A stretch of DNA of 64,000 nucleotides from the NCBI GenBank assembly GCA_041499375.1, contig JBGQKD010000002.1, forward strand, positions 9,880-73,879. The letters run 5' to 3'. This DNA comes from Gemmatimonadota bacterium (GTDB taxonomy: Bacteria; Gemmatimonadota; Gemmatimonadetes; Gemmatimonadales; GWC2-71-9). This document shows, one piece after another, positions 10,436 to 19,113 of this stretch. Under the pieces are notes generated by a model that saw only the letters and a list, made by a program, of their open reading frames with translations, had not been told where the DNA came from and did not search any database. The position numbers were made by a program, and so were the translations under genes. Position 1 is the first letter of the stretch, and each line of letters begins with the position of its first letter.

Positions 10436-11946
10436 GGCTCGACGCCGTCGGTCTCGAAGTCATGGCGCACGCGTTCGCATCGATCGCGGAGGAGATGGGA
10501 CTCGTGCTCGTGCACAGCGCGTTGTCACCGAACATTCGCGAGCGCCGTGACGCCTCCGCCGCGTTGTTCGATGCCGATGGCGAGATGATCGCGCAGGCGG
10601 CGCACATCCCCGTGCATCTGGGCGCCCTGGCCGACGCCGTGGCGGCGGTGCGCACCCTCGAGCCGCGACCCGGCGAGCTGTTCCTGCTCAACGATCCGTA
10701 CGCCGGCGGCAGCCATCTTCCCGATCTCACACTCATCGGCGCGATCGAGATCGAGGGTCGCGTCGGCGGATTCAGCGTCGTTCGTGCCCACCACTCCGAC
10801 ATCGGGGGGATGACGGCGGGCAGCATGCCGGCCGGCGCGCGCGAGCTGTGCCAGGAAGGCCTCGTCATCCCGCCCACGCGGTTCACACCGGATCTCGAGC
10901 GGCTGGTACTCGCCAACGTGCGCACGCCGGCGATGCGGCGCGGTGATCTCGCGGCGCAACGGGCGGCAGTGGAGCGCGGCGCGAGCGGCCTGCGGTCGCT
11001 GGCCCGGCGCCACGGCTGGGCGGCGCTGAGCGATGCGGCGCGCGAGCTGCTCGACTACGCCGAACGCCGGACCCGGGCGCTGCTGCGGAAGATGCCGGTG
11101 CAGGCAGCGGCGACGGACTATCTCGAGGGCGATGGTGTCATTGACGACGATCTCGAGATTCGCGTGCGTATCGCGATCGAGGACGGAATCTTTCACGCCG
11201 ATTTCACCGGCACGCGGGAGGCGGCGCCGGGCAACGTGAATTGTCCGATCGCCGTGACGCGCTCCGCCGTGTTGTTCGTGGTGCGCACACTGCTGCCCGA
11301 CGATGTTCCGATGAATGGCGGCGTGCCGCGCGCGATCCACATCACGGCGCCGCCGGGATGCCTCGTCAATGCGCGGCCGCCCAGCGCGGTGGCCGCGGGA
11401 AATGTCGAGACGTCGCAGCGCATTGCCGACACCGTGTTTCGCGCGCTTGCGGCCGGCGGCTGTCTCGTGCCGGCGCAGGGACAGGGAACGATGAACAATG
11501 TCACGTTCGGGGGCCCTCTGTGGACGTACTACGAGACGATCGGTGGCGGACAGGGGGCGAGCCGCGGCGCGAACGGGCCGTCAGGGGTGCATGTCGGTAT
11601 GTCGAATACGCTCAACACTCCGATCGAAGTGTTGGAGCTGGAGCATCCCCTGCGCGTGCGCAGCTACGCGCTGCGCCAGGGCAGTGGCGGTGCGGGACAG
11701 TGGACTGGTGGTGACGGGGTCGTGCGCGAGTTCGAGGCGCTCGCGCCGATGGAGACGACGTTGTTGACGGAACGGCGGCGGCACGGGCCTGCCGGTGGAG
11801 CGGGCGGGGGGGATGGTGAGGCGGGAGCGAATCTGCTCAACGGTCAGAGACTCGCGTCGAAGACCACTATGCGATTGGTCGCGGGGGACGTCCTCCGCAT
11901 TGAAACCCCGGGTGGTGGCGGCTGGGGGAAAGGACAAGAACCATGA
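10432..11946 (+). CDS. Hydantoinase B/oxoprolinase family protein
   Basis: Motifs NDPYAGGSHLPD and GNVETSQRI. GTG 10432 forms a GTGA overlap with the upstream stop. The 9508 track start adds an Arg/Ala/Pro-rich extension that overlaps the A-subunit gene. Confidence 0.85.
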   Translation: MRLDAVGLEVMAHAFASIAEEMGLVLVHSALSPNIRERRDASAALFDADGEMIAQAAHIPVHLGALADAVAAVRTLEPRPGELFLLNDPYAGGSHLPDLTLIGAIEIEGRVGGFSVVRAHHSDIGGMTAGSMPAGARELCQEGLVIPPTRFTPDLERLVLANVRTPAMRRGDLAAQRAAVERGASGLRSLARRHGWAALSDAARELLDYAERRTRALLRKMPVQAAATDYLEGDGVIDDDLEIRVRIAIEDGIFHADFTGTREAAPGNVNCPIAVTRSAVLFVVRTLLPDDVPMNGGVPRAIHITAPPGCLVNARPPSAVAAGNVETSQRIADTVFRALAAGGCLVPAQGQGTMNNVTFGGPLWTYYETIGGGQGASRGANGPSGVHVGMSNTLNTPIEVLELEHPLRVRSYALRQGSGGAGQWTGGDGVVREFEALAPMETTLLTERRRHGPAGGAGGGDGEAGANLLNGQRLASKTTMRLVAGDVLRIETPGGGGWGKGQEP

Positions 11947-12299
11947 CGTGGGCCTTGATCTCGTTGCTCGGCTTGTTCGCGGGCGTCATCTCGGGGCTGT
12001 TCGGCGTGGGTGGCGCCGTGGTGATCATCCCTGGTCTCGTGCTCATCGCCAAGCTGCCGCAGCACACGGCACATGGGACGTCGCTGGCGGCCCTGCTCCT
12101 GCCCGTCGGGTTGCTCGGCGTGCTCGAGTACTCGAAGCGCGGGCAGGTGCACTGGGCCTATGCGGCGGTCGTCGCCGTAGGGCTGCTCATCGGCGTCTAC
12201 TTCGGGGCGCGGTTCGCAGGATCGATTTCGGACGTCACGCTGCGCAAGATGTTCGGCGGGTTTCTGCTGCTGATTTCGGTAAAGTTGCTGTTGACCTGA
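11943..12299 (+). CDS. TauE/SafE (DUF81) family membrane protein, single-repeat 118-aa form
   Basis: Four hydrophobic segments and the glycine motif SGLFGVGGAVVIIP typical of the family. ATGA overlap with the upstream stop. Confidence 0.7.
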   Translation: MTWALISLLGLFAGVISGLFGVGGAVVIIPGLVLIAKLPQHTAHGTSLAALLLPVGLLGVLEYSKRGQVHWAYAAVVAVGLLIGVYFGARFAGSISDVTLRKMFGGFLLLISVKLLLT

Positions 12300-12302
12300 C
12301 GT

Positions 12303-14231
12303 TCAGGGTCGAGCGGCGTCCTCGACCTGGCGCTGAAATACTTTGCCGTCGATGAACAGCTTGAAGAGGTCCGCGTCGAGCTGGCCCTCTTTGACCTCGG
12401 TGGTGAGGATGTCCATCGCGCGATCGACGGAGACGGCGCGCTTGTACGGCCGGTCCTGCGCCGTCAGCGCGTCGTAGATGTCACTGATCGTCATCATCCG
12501 CGTCTGAATCGGAATCCCTTCCCCCGTGACGCGCCGCGGATACCCTCGCCCATCCATCTTTTCGTGATGCCCGTAAGCGATCAGCGGGATCTGTTGCAGC
12601 TCGCGGGTCCAAGGGATGCGCTGCAGGAACTGATAGGTGTGCGTGACGTGACTCTCGATCTCGTGTCGCTCGGCGTCGTCCAGACTACCTTTGCGGATCG
12701 TCAGATAGCGCATCTCGTCGGGTGAGAGAAACGGCTCCGTCGCCCCGTCGAAGGCCAGATAATTGCGCCTCGACCACGCCTTCAGTTCTTCGAAGCTGCC
12801 ATCGGGGAGAATGGTGGGCTCGTTGGCCTGGAGCACGATCTCCAGGAAGCGGTCCAGCTCCGCCAATTCCTGCTGATGCGCCGCCTGGAGCTCCTCGATG
12901 AAGCTGTCGTAGCCCGTCTTGCCGTGGGTCTCGAGAAACTCCGCGCGCTTGCGCCAGTACTCGCGCTCCGCCGTGCGCCGGATGAACGCGTGCCGATGGC
13001 GCACGAGCCCGAGATCGGACGGATACAGTTTTTTCGCCTTGATGAGGACCTGCTCGCGGACGCCGACCTTGCCGAAATCGTGCAACAGGGCGGCATAGCG
13101 GATCTCTTTCAGCTGCTCGCGCGTGAACGTGATGTCGCGATAGGGACCGTCGCCGGCGCGGTCCACGATCTCCGCCAGCCCGACCGTCATCCCGGCCACG
13201 CGCCCCGAGTGACCGTACGTGGTCGGATCGCGCTGCTCGATCGCGTGCACGGCCGCCAGCACGAAGCCCTCGAACAGCTTCTCGATGTTTTCGTACAGCC
13301 GGCTGTTCTCGATGGCGACCGCCGCCTGACCGGCCAGCGCCGTCACCAGCTCGACGGTGCGCTTGGAGTACGGCACGACCTGCTGCTGGACGTCGGCGGG
13401 GGTGGCGAGAATCGCGTCGAAGTTGCGCTTGCGGTTGATGAGCTGCAGCACGCCGATGATCTCGTCTTTGTGATCTTTCATCGGAATCACGAGCATCGAT
13501 TTCGAGCGATAGCCGTAGCGCTCGTCGAACGAGCGGTTGATCGTGTACTCGACATCCGGCGGCAGGAAGTACGCGTCGTCGATGACGAGCGGATCCCCGG
13601 TCACGGCGCAGTAGCCGGCGAGGCTGCCGCGATCCACCGGAATCGTGTGCTCGACGAACGGCGCCTCCGGTTTCGAAAACGTCTGCGCCAGCCGGAAGCG
13701 CAGCCGCCGATCGCCGTTCTCGTTCGACTCGACGAGGTACAGACTGCCGGCGTCCGACTGCGTGATGCGGCGCGCCTGGGTGAGGATCAAGTCGAGCAGG
13801 ATCTTGGTGTCGCGCTCCGTGCCGAGGGCGACGCCGATGCGCGTCAGCTCTCCAATTTCCCGCGCCCGCTGCGCCGCCTCGCCGCGCGCCCGCGCCGTCT
13901 CGGCCCGCGCCGCCGCTTCGCGGAACCCGGCGCGGATCGCGACCAGCAACCGCCGCGGGCTGGTCGGGTGCGTCAGAAATCCGGACAGAAACTCGGTGGG
14001 GAGGCCCTCGGGGACGTCCGTCTCGCCGTTGCGCCCCAACGCGACGATCGCCCCCCCGGCGTCGACGAACGATCGCATGACGTCGACGGGGAACGCCGAG
14101 CGGCTTTCCGCATCGAGCAGGAAGACCGTGGGCCGGTCGTCGGTCACCGCCAGGTCTTTCGCCTGGCGAACGGGCCGGGCCTCCACCTGCGAGGTTTCGA
14201 GCGCCGGCGCGACCGCGTCGGGACGCCACAT
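12303..14231 (-). CDS. HD-GYP domain cyclic-di-GMP phosphodiesterase with GAF domain and REC-like N-terminus
   Basis: HD motif (LLHDFGK) and HHEKMDGRGYP signature. A GAF-like central region reads SDAGSLYLVE...VLQLINR. The N-terminal REC-like stretch (TVFLLDAES) has no clear phospho-acceptor. Confidence 0.85.
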   Translation of the reverse strand: MWRPDAVAPALETSQVEARPVRQAKDLAVTDDRPTVFLLDAESRSAFPVDVMRSFVDAGGAIVALGRNGETDVPEGLPTEFLSGFLTHPTSPRRLLVAIRAGFREAAARAETARARGEAAQRAREIGELTRIGVALGTERDTKILLDLILTQARRITQSDAGSLYLVESNENGDRRLRFRLAQTFSKPEAPFVEHTIPVDRGSLAGYCAVTGDPLVIDDAYFLPPDVEYTINRSFDERYGYRSKSMLVIPMKDHKDEIIGVLQLINRKRNFDAILATPADVQQQVVPYSKRTVELVTALAGQAAVAIENSRLYENIEKLFEGFVLAAVHAIEQRDPTTYGHSGRVAGMTVGLAEIVDRAGDGPYRDITFTREQLKEIRYAALLHDFGKVGVREQVLIKAKKLYPSDLGLVRHRHAFIRRTAEREYWRKRAEFLETHGKTGYDSFIEELQAAHQQELAELDRFLEIVLQANEPTILPDGSFEELKAWSRRNYLAFDGATEPFLSPDEMRYLTIRKGSLDDAERHEIESHVTHTYQFLQRIPWTRELQQIPLIAYGHHEKMDGRGYPRRVTGEGIPIQTRMMTISDIYDALTAQDRPYKRAVSVDRAMDILTTEVKEGQLDADLFKLFIDGKVFQRQVEDAARP

Positions 14232-14257
14232 CGGCGGATGGAGGAGGAGGTATCTCG

Positions 14258-14953
14258 TTAGGACCGCTGCACCCGCTGCAGGCCTTCCTTCGCCTCAGCG
14301 TAATCGTTGAAGATGGCGATGGCATGGTTGAACATGTCGACCGCTTTGTCCTTCTGGCCGCGGTCCTCATAGAGCAGGGCCCGCGAGTAGTAGGTCAGCG
14401 CTTCGGTGGGGACCTGGCGGCTCATCCGCTGGTCGCCGGTCTGCCGCTGCAGCGCGGGCAGACTCGCGTCTTTCATGAGCCGCCCCGCGATGTTGCGGAT
14501 GATGTCGAACATGTGATCGCGCTGCATCCGCTCCGACTCGGTCTTCACGATTTCGCTCGTCTCGGTGTTGACGAGACGGACGTCCACGCGGAAATCGCCG
14601 TAGAAATCGACGAACGTGCCGAGGACGACGTAGCGGGCACCCACGAGCTTCCCGACCTTCGCGGCGGTCTGCGGATCGACGCGACCCTGCGCGCCGAGAT
14701 TCTGCTCATCGACCAGGCGCTGGATCTCCTGACGCTCGACCACGCGCGCGGCGGGATTCTGAGACAGCTCCGAAATCAACATCCCGGCGATGCCGCGTTC
14801 GAGGGCGTCGAAATCTTCCTTGCCCTGACCGTAGGAGCCGCCGTTGTTGAACGGGAGGACGGCGATCCCGGGGCGGGTATCCTGGTTGCGTTGCTGCGCC
14901 CCCAGGAGCACCGGAACCAGGCTCAACACCGTCACGACTGCACGCGCGCGCAT
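14258..14953 (-). CDS. Periplasmic LpoB/CsgG/TolB-N-like module protein with C-terminal TPR
   Basis: ATG 14953 is preceded by GAGGAG with a 5-nt spacing. Signal peptide MRARAVVTVLSLVPVLLGAQQ. The module reads IAVLPFNN...GARYVVLGTFVDFYGDFRVDVRLVNTETSEIV. A TPR-like tail reads YYSRALLYEDRGQKDKAVDMFNHAI. The track start at 14971 is a GTG alternative. Confidence 0.6.
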   Translation of the reverse strand: MRARAVVTVLSLVPVLLGAQQRNQDTRPGIAVLPFNNGGSYGQGKEDFDALERGIAGMLISELSQNPAARVVERQEIQRLVDEQNLGAQGRVDPQTAAKVGKLVGARYVVLGTFVDFYGDFRVDVRLVNTETSEIVKTESERMQRDHMFDIIRNIAGRLMKDASLPALQRQTGDQRMSRQVPTEALTYYSRALLYEDRGQKDKAVDMFNHAIAIFNDYAEAKEGLQRVQRS

Positions 14954-14967
14954 AGCTACTCCTCGGG

Positions 14968-15846
14968 TCACAGGGTCACCTTCATTCCTTCTTGTGCTGC
15001 ATCTACCTCGAGCGAGCCGCCGCGCGTCTTGGCGAACTTGCGCGCCGCGGCCACGAGTCCATCCATTTCCTTGTCGCCGTGCTCGGGCTCGTGGTGAAAC
15101 AGCACGAGCTTCTTGGCACCCGCCTCATGGGCGAGGCTCACTGCTTCTTCATAGGTCGAATGACCCCAGCCGCGGTGCTGCTCCAGCTCCTTCGGCGTAT
15201 ACATGGCGTCGTGAATCAGCAGATCCACGCCGTTCAGGAACCCCACGAAGTCACGGTGCCAGTTCTTGGAGACCTCGTACTGCCCGCCGCTGCCCAGCTC
15301 GTTGTCCGTCACGTATGCCATGCTCGGTCCGCCCTTGGCGGGCGTGAGCCGAAATCCCAATGTCGTCCCCGGGTGCCGCAGTTTCGTCGTGCGAACCCGG
15401 AATTCGCCGATCGAGAACTCGTCCATGTCCACCTGTTGCACCGTCAACGTCGCCGACAAGGCGTCGAGCGGAACGGGGAACACCGCCGGATCCATCTGTT
15501 GCCGCAGGATCGCTTCCAGGGATGCCGTCCCTTGCCGGGTTCCCCAGATGCGGACGGTATTGCCCGGAGCGAAAAACGGTTTGAAGTGCGGCAGCCCTTG
15601 GATGTGGTCCCAATGCGCGTGTGACAGCAGGATTTCTACTTTCACGGCGCCGTTCTGTTTTTCGACCAGCTCCAGCCCCAGCGCGCGGATTCCGGTGCCG
15701 GCATCGAGGACGACCAGTTGACCTTCGTTGCCTTCGACGGCGACACATGGCGTGTTGCCGCCGTAGCGCGCCGTCGCGGACCCCGGCGTAGGTATACTCC
15801 CCCGGGTTCCCCAGAAAGTCACCGTGTACGTCATGCGTGTCGGCAC
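14968..15846 (-). CDS. MBL-fold metallo-hydrolase
   Basis: HxHxDH motif (LLSHAHWDHIQG) and downstream metal-ligand His/Asp residues (LIHDAMY, GWGHST). Confidence 0.8.
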   Translation of the reverse strand: MPTRMTYTVTFWGTRGSIPTPGSATARYGGNTPCVAVEGNEGQLVVLDAGTGIRALGLELVEKQNGAVKVEILLSHAHWDHIQGLPHFKPFFAPGNTVRIWGTRQGTASLEAILRQQMDPAVFPVPLDALSATLTVQQVDMDEFSIGEFRVRTTKLRHPGTTLGFRLTPAKGGPSMAYVTDNELGSGGQYEVSKNWHRDFVGFLNGVDLLIHDAMYTPKELEQHRGWGHSTYEEAVSLAHEAGAKKLVLFHHEPEHGDKEMDGLVAAARKFAKTRGGSLEVDAAQEGMKVTL

Positions 15847-15900
15847 GCCGATACTCGGTCTAAGTTACTGGTAATTAGTGATGTAGAGCCGTGACGCGAG

Positions 15901-16572
15901 TCACGACCGGCCCGCCGCTTGCTCGAGCGAGCCGCGGTCTTTGATCACAATGTCCTTGCGACTCACGTCAATCATCCCCTTATCGACGAGCTCGCGCATC
16001 GTCCGCGATACCGTCTCGCGCGACGATCCGATCATCTGGGCGATCGTGTGATGGGTGAGACGGCGCGTGATGCGCTGGCCGTCCGTTTCGTCGGCGAGGT
16101 CGAGCAACAGCTGGGCGACGCGGCCATGCACGTCGAGCAGGACGAGGCTGCCGACCTTTTCATCGACGCGGCGGAGCCGCCGCGACAGCTCGCGCAGCAG
16201 CGCGAGCCCGATACCGGGGGAATGCTCGAGGATGCCCTGAAAATCTTCGCGCCGCAGCACGTACAGCGTCGAGTCTTCCATCGCGATGACGTGCGCCGAG
16301 CGTGGCTCGTCGTCGATCAACGCCATCTCGCCGAAGAACTCTCCCTCGCCGAGCACCGAGAGAATGACTTCGCGTCCGTCCTCGCCGATGAGGACGACCT
16401 TCACCTGACCCTTGGCGACGACGTAGAGCGCGTCGCCGGGATCGTCCTCGAACAGGATGACGGAGTTTTTGGGGTAAGCGCGATCGCGCGCCACCTCCAC
16501 CACGCGCTGCAGGTCGGCGGCGGAGAGCTGGCTAAAGAGCGGGACCTTTTGCAGCACGTCAGCGGCAGACAC
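15901..16572 (-). CDS. Crp/Fnr family transcriptional regulator
   Basis: cNMP-binding beta-barrel ([13 protein letters not shown]) and a C-terminal HTH ([20 protein letters not shown]). Confidence 0.9.
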   Translation of the reverse strand: MSAADVLQKVPLFSQLSAADLQRVVEVARDRAYPKNSVILFEDDPGDALYVVAKGQVKVVLIGEDGREVILSVLGEGEFFGEMALIDDEPRSAHVIAMEDSTLYVLRREDFQGILEHSPGIGLALLRELSRRLRRVDEKVGSLVLLDVHGRVAQLLLDLADETDGQRITRRLTHHTIAQMIGSSRETVSRTMRELVDKGMIDVSRKDIVIKDRGSLEQAAGRS

Positions 16573-16626
16573 GCGAACAGCTTACGCTGCGTGTGTGGCG
16601 GTGTCAATCGAAGCAAAGCCCAAGCC

Positions 16627-16656
16627 TTGCAGCCAAGTTGGTGCGCTGTTTATATT
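16627..16656 (+). promoter_or_regulatory. Candidate sigma-70-type promoter upstream of rpmE
   Basis: TTGCAG at 16627-16632 and TATATT at 16651-16656, with an 18-nt spacer (or TTATAT with 17 nt). It lies about 45 nt upstream of GTG 16700 in the 127-nt divergent gap. The promoter consensus of this lineage is unknown to me. Confidence 0.3.
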
Positions 16657-16699
16657 TCCGCACTTCGTTCCGTCCGACAATTCAGGCAAGGATCTGTCT

Positions 16700-16906
16700 G
16701 TGAAACCCGGGATTCACCCCAAATACCAGCGGGCAACCGTCCAGTGCGCGTGCGGCAACACGTTCGTCACGCGCTCGACCACGCCCGTGATTCACGTCGA
16801 AGTCTGCGCCGCCTGCCATCCCTTCTTCACGGGCAAGCAGAAGCTGCTCGACACGGCCGGCCGCGTGGAGCGGTTCCGCCAGAAGTACGCTACCAAAGCG
16901 AGCTGA
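16700..16906 (+). CDS. rpmE: 50S ribosomal protein L31 (zinc-binding type A)
   Basis: GTG 16700 gives a 68-aa protein reading KPGIHPKY...QCACGN...[14 protein letters not shown]. The track start at 16595 adds a non-homologous leader. Confidence 0.9.
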   Translation: MKPGIHPKYQRATVQCACGNTFVTRSTTPVIHVEVCAACHPFFTGKQKLLDTAGRVERFRQKYATKAS

Positions 16907-16910
16907 TCCC

Positions 16911-17969
16911 GTGGACGACCGACTCCGCCAGGCGCTCGCGCGGGCGGAGGAGGTCGCCCGGGAACTGGCCGACCCCGCCACCGCGCGGAATCCGGCCAAA
17001 CTCAGGCAGTTCGGTCGCGAACACGCGCAGCTCGACGAAATCCGGCAGACCCACCAGCGCATCGAGCGTCTCGAGGCTGAGCTGGGTCAGGCCCAGGAAG
17101 TCCTCGCCGACAAAGACCCCGAGCTCTCCCAGCTCGCCCGCGCCGACGTCGATCGCCTCCGGCCCGAGATCGACCGGCTCGAGGCGGAGCTCGCGGAGCT
17201 GCTGACCCCCAGCGATCCGTTCGACGATCGCGATGCCATCGTAGAAATCCGCGCCGGAACCGGAGGGGATGAAGCCGCGCTGTTCGCCGCCGATCTCTTC
17301 CGGATGTACACGCGCTTTAGCGAGCGGCGGGGATGGAAGGTGGACATCCTCTCGCTCTCCGAAGGAACGCTCGGCGGGCTCAAGGAAGCGGTGTTCGCGG
17401 CCCGAGGTCCCAAAGCGTACGGGACGCTGCGCTACGAGTCTGGTGTGCACCGGGTACAGCGCGTTCCCGTCACCGAGCAGCAGGGCCGGATCCATACCTC
17501 CGCCGCGACCGTAGCCGTGCTGCCCGAAGCGGAAGAGGTGGACGTCAAGATCGAGGACAAGGATCTCCGCATCGACGTGTTTCGGTCGGGCGGGCCGGGC
17601 GGCCAGAGCGTGAACACCACCGACAGCGCCGTCCGCGTGACGCATCTGCCGACCGGCCTCGAGGTGAAGTGCCAGGATCAAAAGTCACAGCTGCAAAACA
17701 AGATCAAGGCGATGGAGATCCTGCGCTCGCGTCTGCTTGACCGCAGGGTGGCGGAGCAGGAGGCGGCCCGATCGCGCGAGCGGCGCGCGCAGGTGGGCAC
17801 CGGAGACCGTTCGCAAAAAGTTCGCACGTACAACTTTCCGCAGAACCGCGTGACCGATCATCGCATCCATTTCACGACGCACAGCGTGGATCAGGTGTTG
17901 GATGGGAAGCTGGACGATCTGATCGCCGCCGTGAAGCAGGCGCAGGAGAAGGAGCAGCTCAATGTCTAA
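16911..17969 (+). CDS. prfA: Peptide chain release factor 1
   Basis: GGQ motif (RSGGPGGQSVNTT) and an RF1-type PxT tripeptide (RVPVTE). Confidence 0.95.
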   Translation: MDDRLRQALARAEEVARELADPATARNPAKLRQFGREHAQLDEIRQTHQRIERLEAELGQAQEVLADKDPELSQLARADVDRLRPEIDRLEAELAELLTPSDPFDDRDAIVEIRAGTGGDEAALFAADLFRMYTRFSERRGWKVDILSLSEGTLGGLKEAVFAARGPKAYGTLRYESGVHRVQRVPVTEQQGRIHTSAATVAVLPEAEEVDVKIEDKDLRIDVFRSGGPGGQSVNTTDSAVRVTHLPTGLEVKCQDQKSQLQNKIKAMEILRSRLLDRRVAEQEAARSRERRAQVGTGDRSQKVRTYNFPQNRVTDHRIHFTTHSVDQVLDGKLDDLIAAVKQAQEKEQLNV

Positions 17970-18756
17970 GGCGGCGCACGCGGTCTGGGCGGCGGTCTCC
18001 GGCACGACGGTGGGAGACGCGTGGCTGCGGCGCGACGAGCCCAAGGCGCCGGCTTTGGTGGCCCAGTATCTCGCTGCGCTGGCCCAGTTGGAGCGCGGCG
18101 TCCCGTTCGCCTACGCGGTGGGGATGGTTGGATTTCGAACTCTCGATTTGAAGATCGATTCGCGCGCGCTGATCCCGAGACCTGAAACCGAGGGATTGGT
18201 AGAGCTCGTGCTTGCGCGGACCGAAAACCGAAAACCGAATACCGCTGGTTTAGTCGCGGACATCGGGACCGGCTGCGGCTGCATTGCACTGTCGCTGGCA
18301 ATGGAAGGGCAATTCGAGAAGGTCATCGCCGTCGAGTGCTCCCCGGTTGCGGTGGCACTCGCCCGCGAGAATGTGAAACGTGTCGCGCCGAAAACGCCGG
18401 TCGAGATTCGCGAGGGGAACCTGCTCGCTCCGCTGGTGGACAAGGGAGACCGATTCCGCGCGATCGTGGCGAACCCGCCCTATTTGACGGCGGCGGAGTA
18501 TGACGAGCTGGATCCGTCGGTTCGAGATCACGAGCCCCGCGAGGCGCTCGTGAGCGTGGACGGTCTCGATGCGACACGCGCGCTATTCGCGGGTGCGGCG
18601 CCGCTGCTGGAGCCCGGCGGACTGCTGGCGCTCGAGATCGACGAACGGCGCGATGACGCAATTCACTCCCTCGCACGGGAGTACCACTGGGCAGTCGAAG
18701 TTCATGACGACCTCTTCGGTCGGCCGCGCTACGCGCTTGCTATAAAGGAGGACTAG
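17962..18756 (+). CDS. prmC: Release factor glutamine N5-methyltransferase
   Basis: SAM-binding motif DIGTGCGCIAL and catalytic IVANPPYL. It overlaps prfA by 8 nt. Confidence 0.9.
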   Translation: MSKAAHAVWAAVSGTTVGDAWLRRDEPKAPALVAQYLAALAQLERGVPFAYAVGMVGFRTLDLKIDSRALIPRPETEGLVELVLARTENRKPNTAGLVADIGTGCGCIALSLAMEGQFEKVIAVECSPVAVALARENVKRVAPKTPVEIREGNLLAPLVDKGDRFRAIVANPPYLTAAEYDELDPSVRDHEPREALVSVDGLDATRALFAGAAPLLEPGGLLALEIDERRDDAIHSLAREYHWAVEVHDDLFGRPRYALAIKED

Positions 18757-19109
18757 TGCTCGAGGAGAAGGCAGAAGAACTGGGACGGCTACTCGGCCAG
18801 ACCGACGAGTACAAGGCGTTGCGTCGCGCGACGGAAGCGCTGCGCGAGGATCAAGCAGTCCAGAAGGTGCTGGCGGAGGCGGAGCGGCTCGCGCAGGAGA
18901 TCGAGCGCGTCGCGCAGCAGGGGAAAGAACCGTCCAAGGAGCAGGTCGAGCAGTACGATCGCGCGCTCCAAAGCGTGCAGGCGAATTCGGTGTATCAGCA
19001 AATGGTCGCGGCCCAGTCGAATTTCGAGAAGCTGATGACCCGGATTAATGCCCGGATTTACGAGGGCATCAAGAAGGGCGCCGCGAGTCCCATCATCACG
19101 CTTGGCTAG
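18756..19109 (+). CDS. YlbF/YmcA family protein (UPF0342-like)
   Basis: A 117-aa all-helical protein with the family pattern AEELGRLLGQTDEYKALRRA...VYQQMVAAQSNFEKLM. Confidence 0.65.
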   Translation: MLEEKAEELGRLLGQTDEYKALRRATEALREDQAVQKVLAEAERLAQEIERVAQQGKEPSKEQVEQYDRALQSVQANSVYQQMVAAQSNFEKLMTRINARIYEGIKKGAASPIITLG

Positions 19110-19113
19110 GGGC

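Noticed and set aside
12685-14370. 561-aa minus-strand and 461-aa plus-strand (12876-14261) ORFs overlapping the HD-GYP gene
   Set aside because: These are alternative-frame and antisense ORFs with low-complexity Arg/Pro/Gly composition. The HD-GYP/GAF frame is the only one with motifs.
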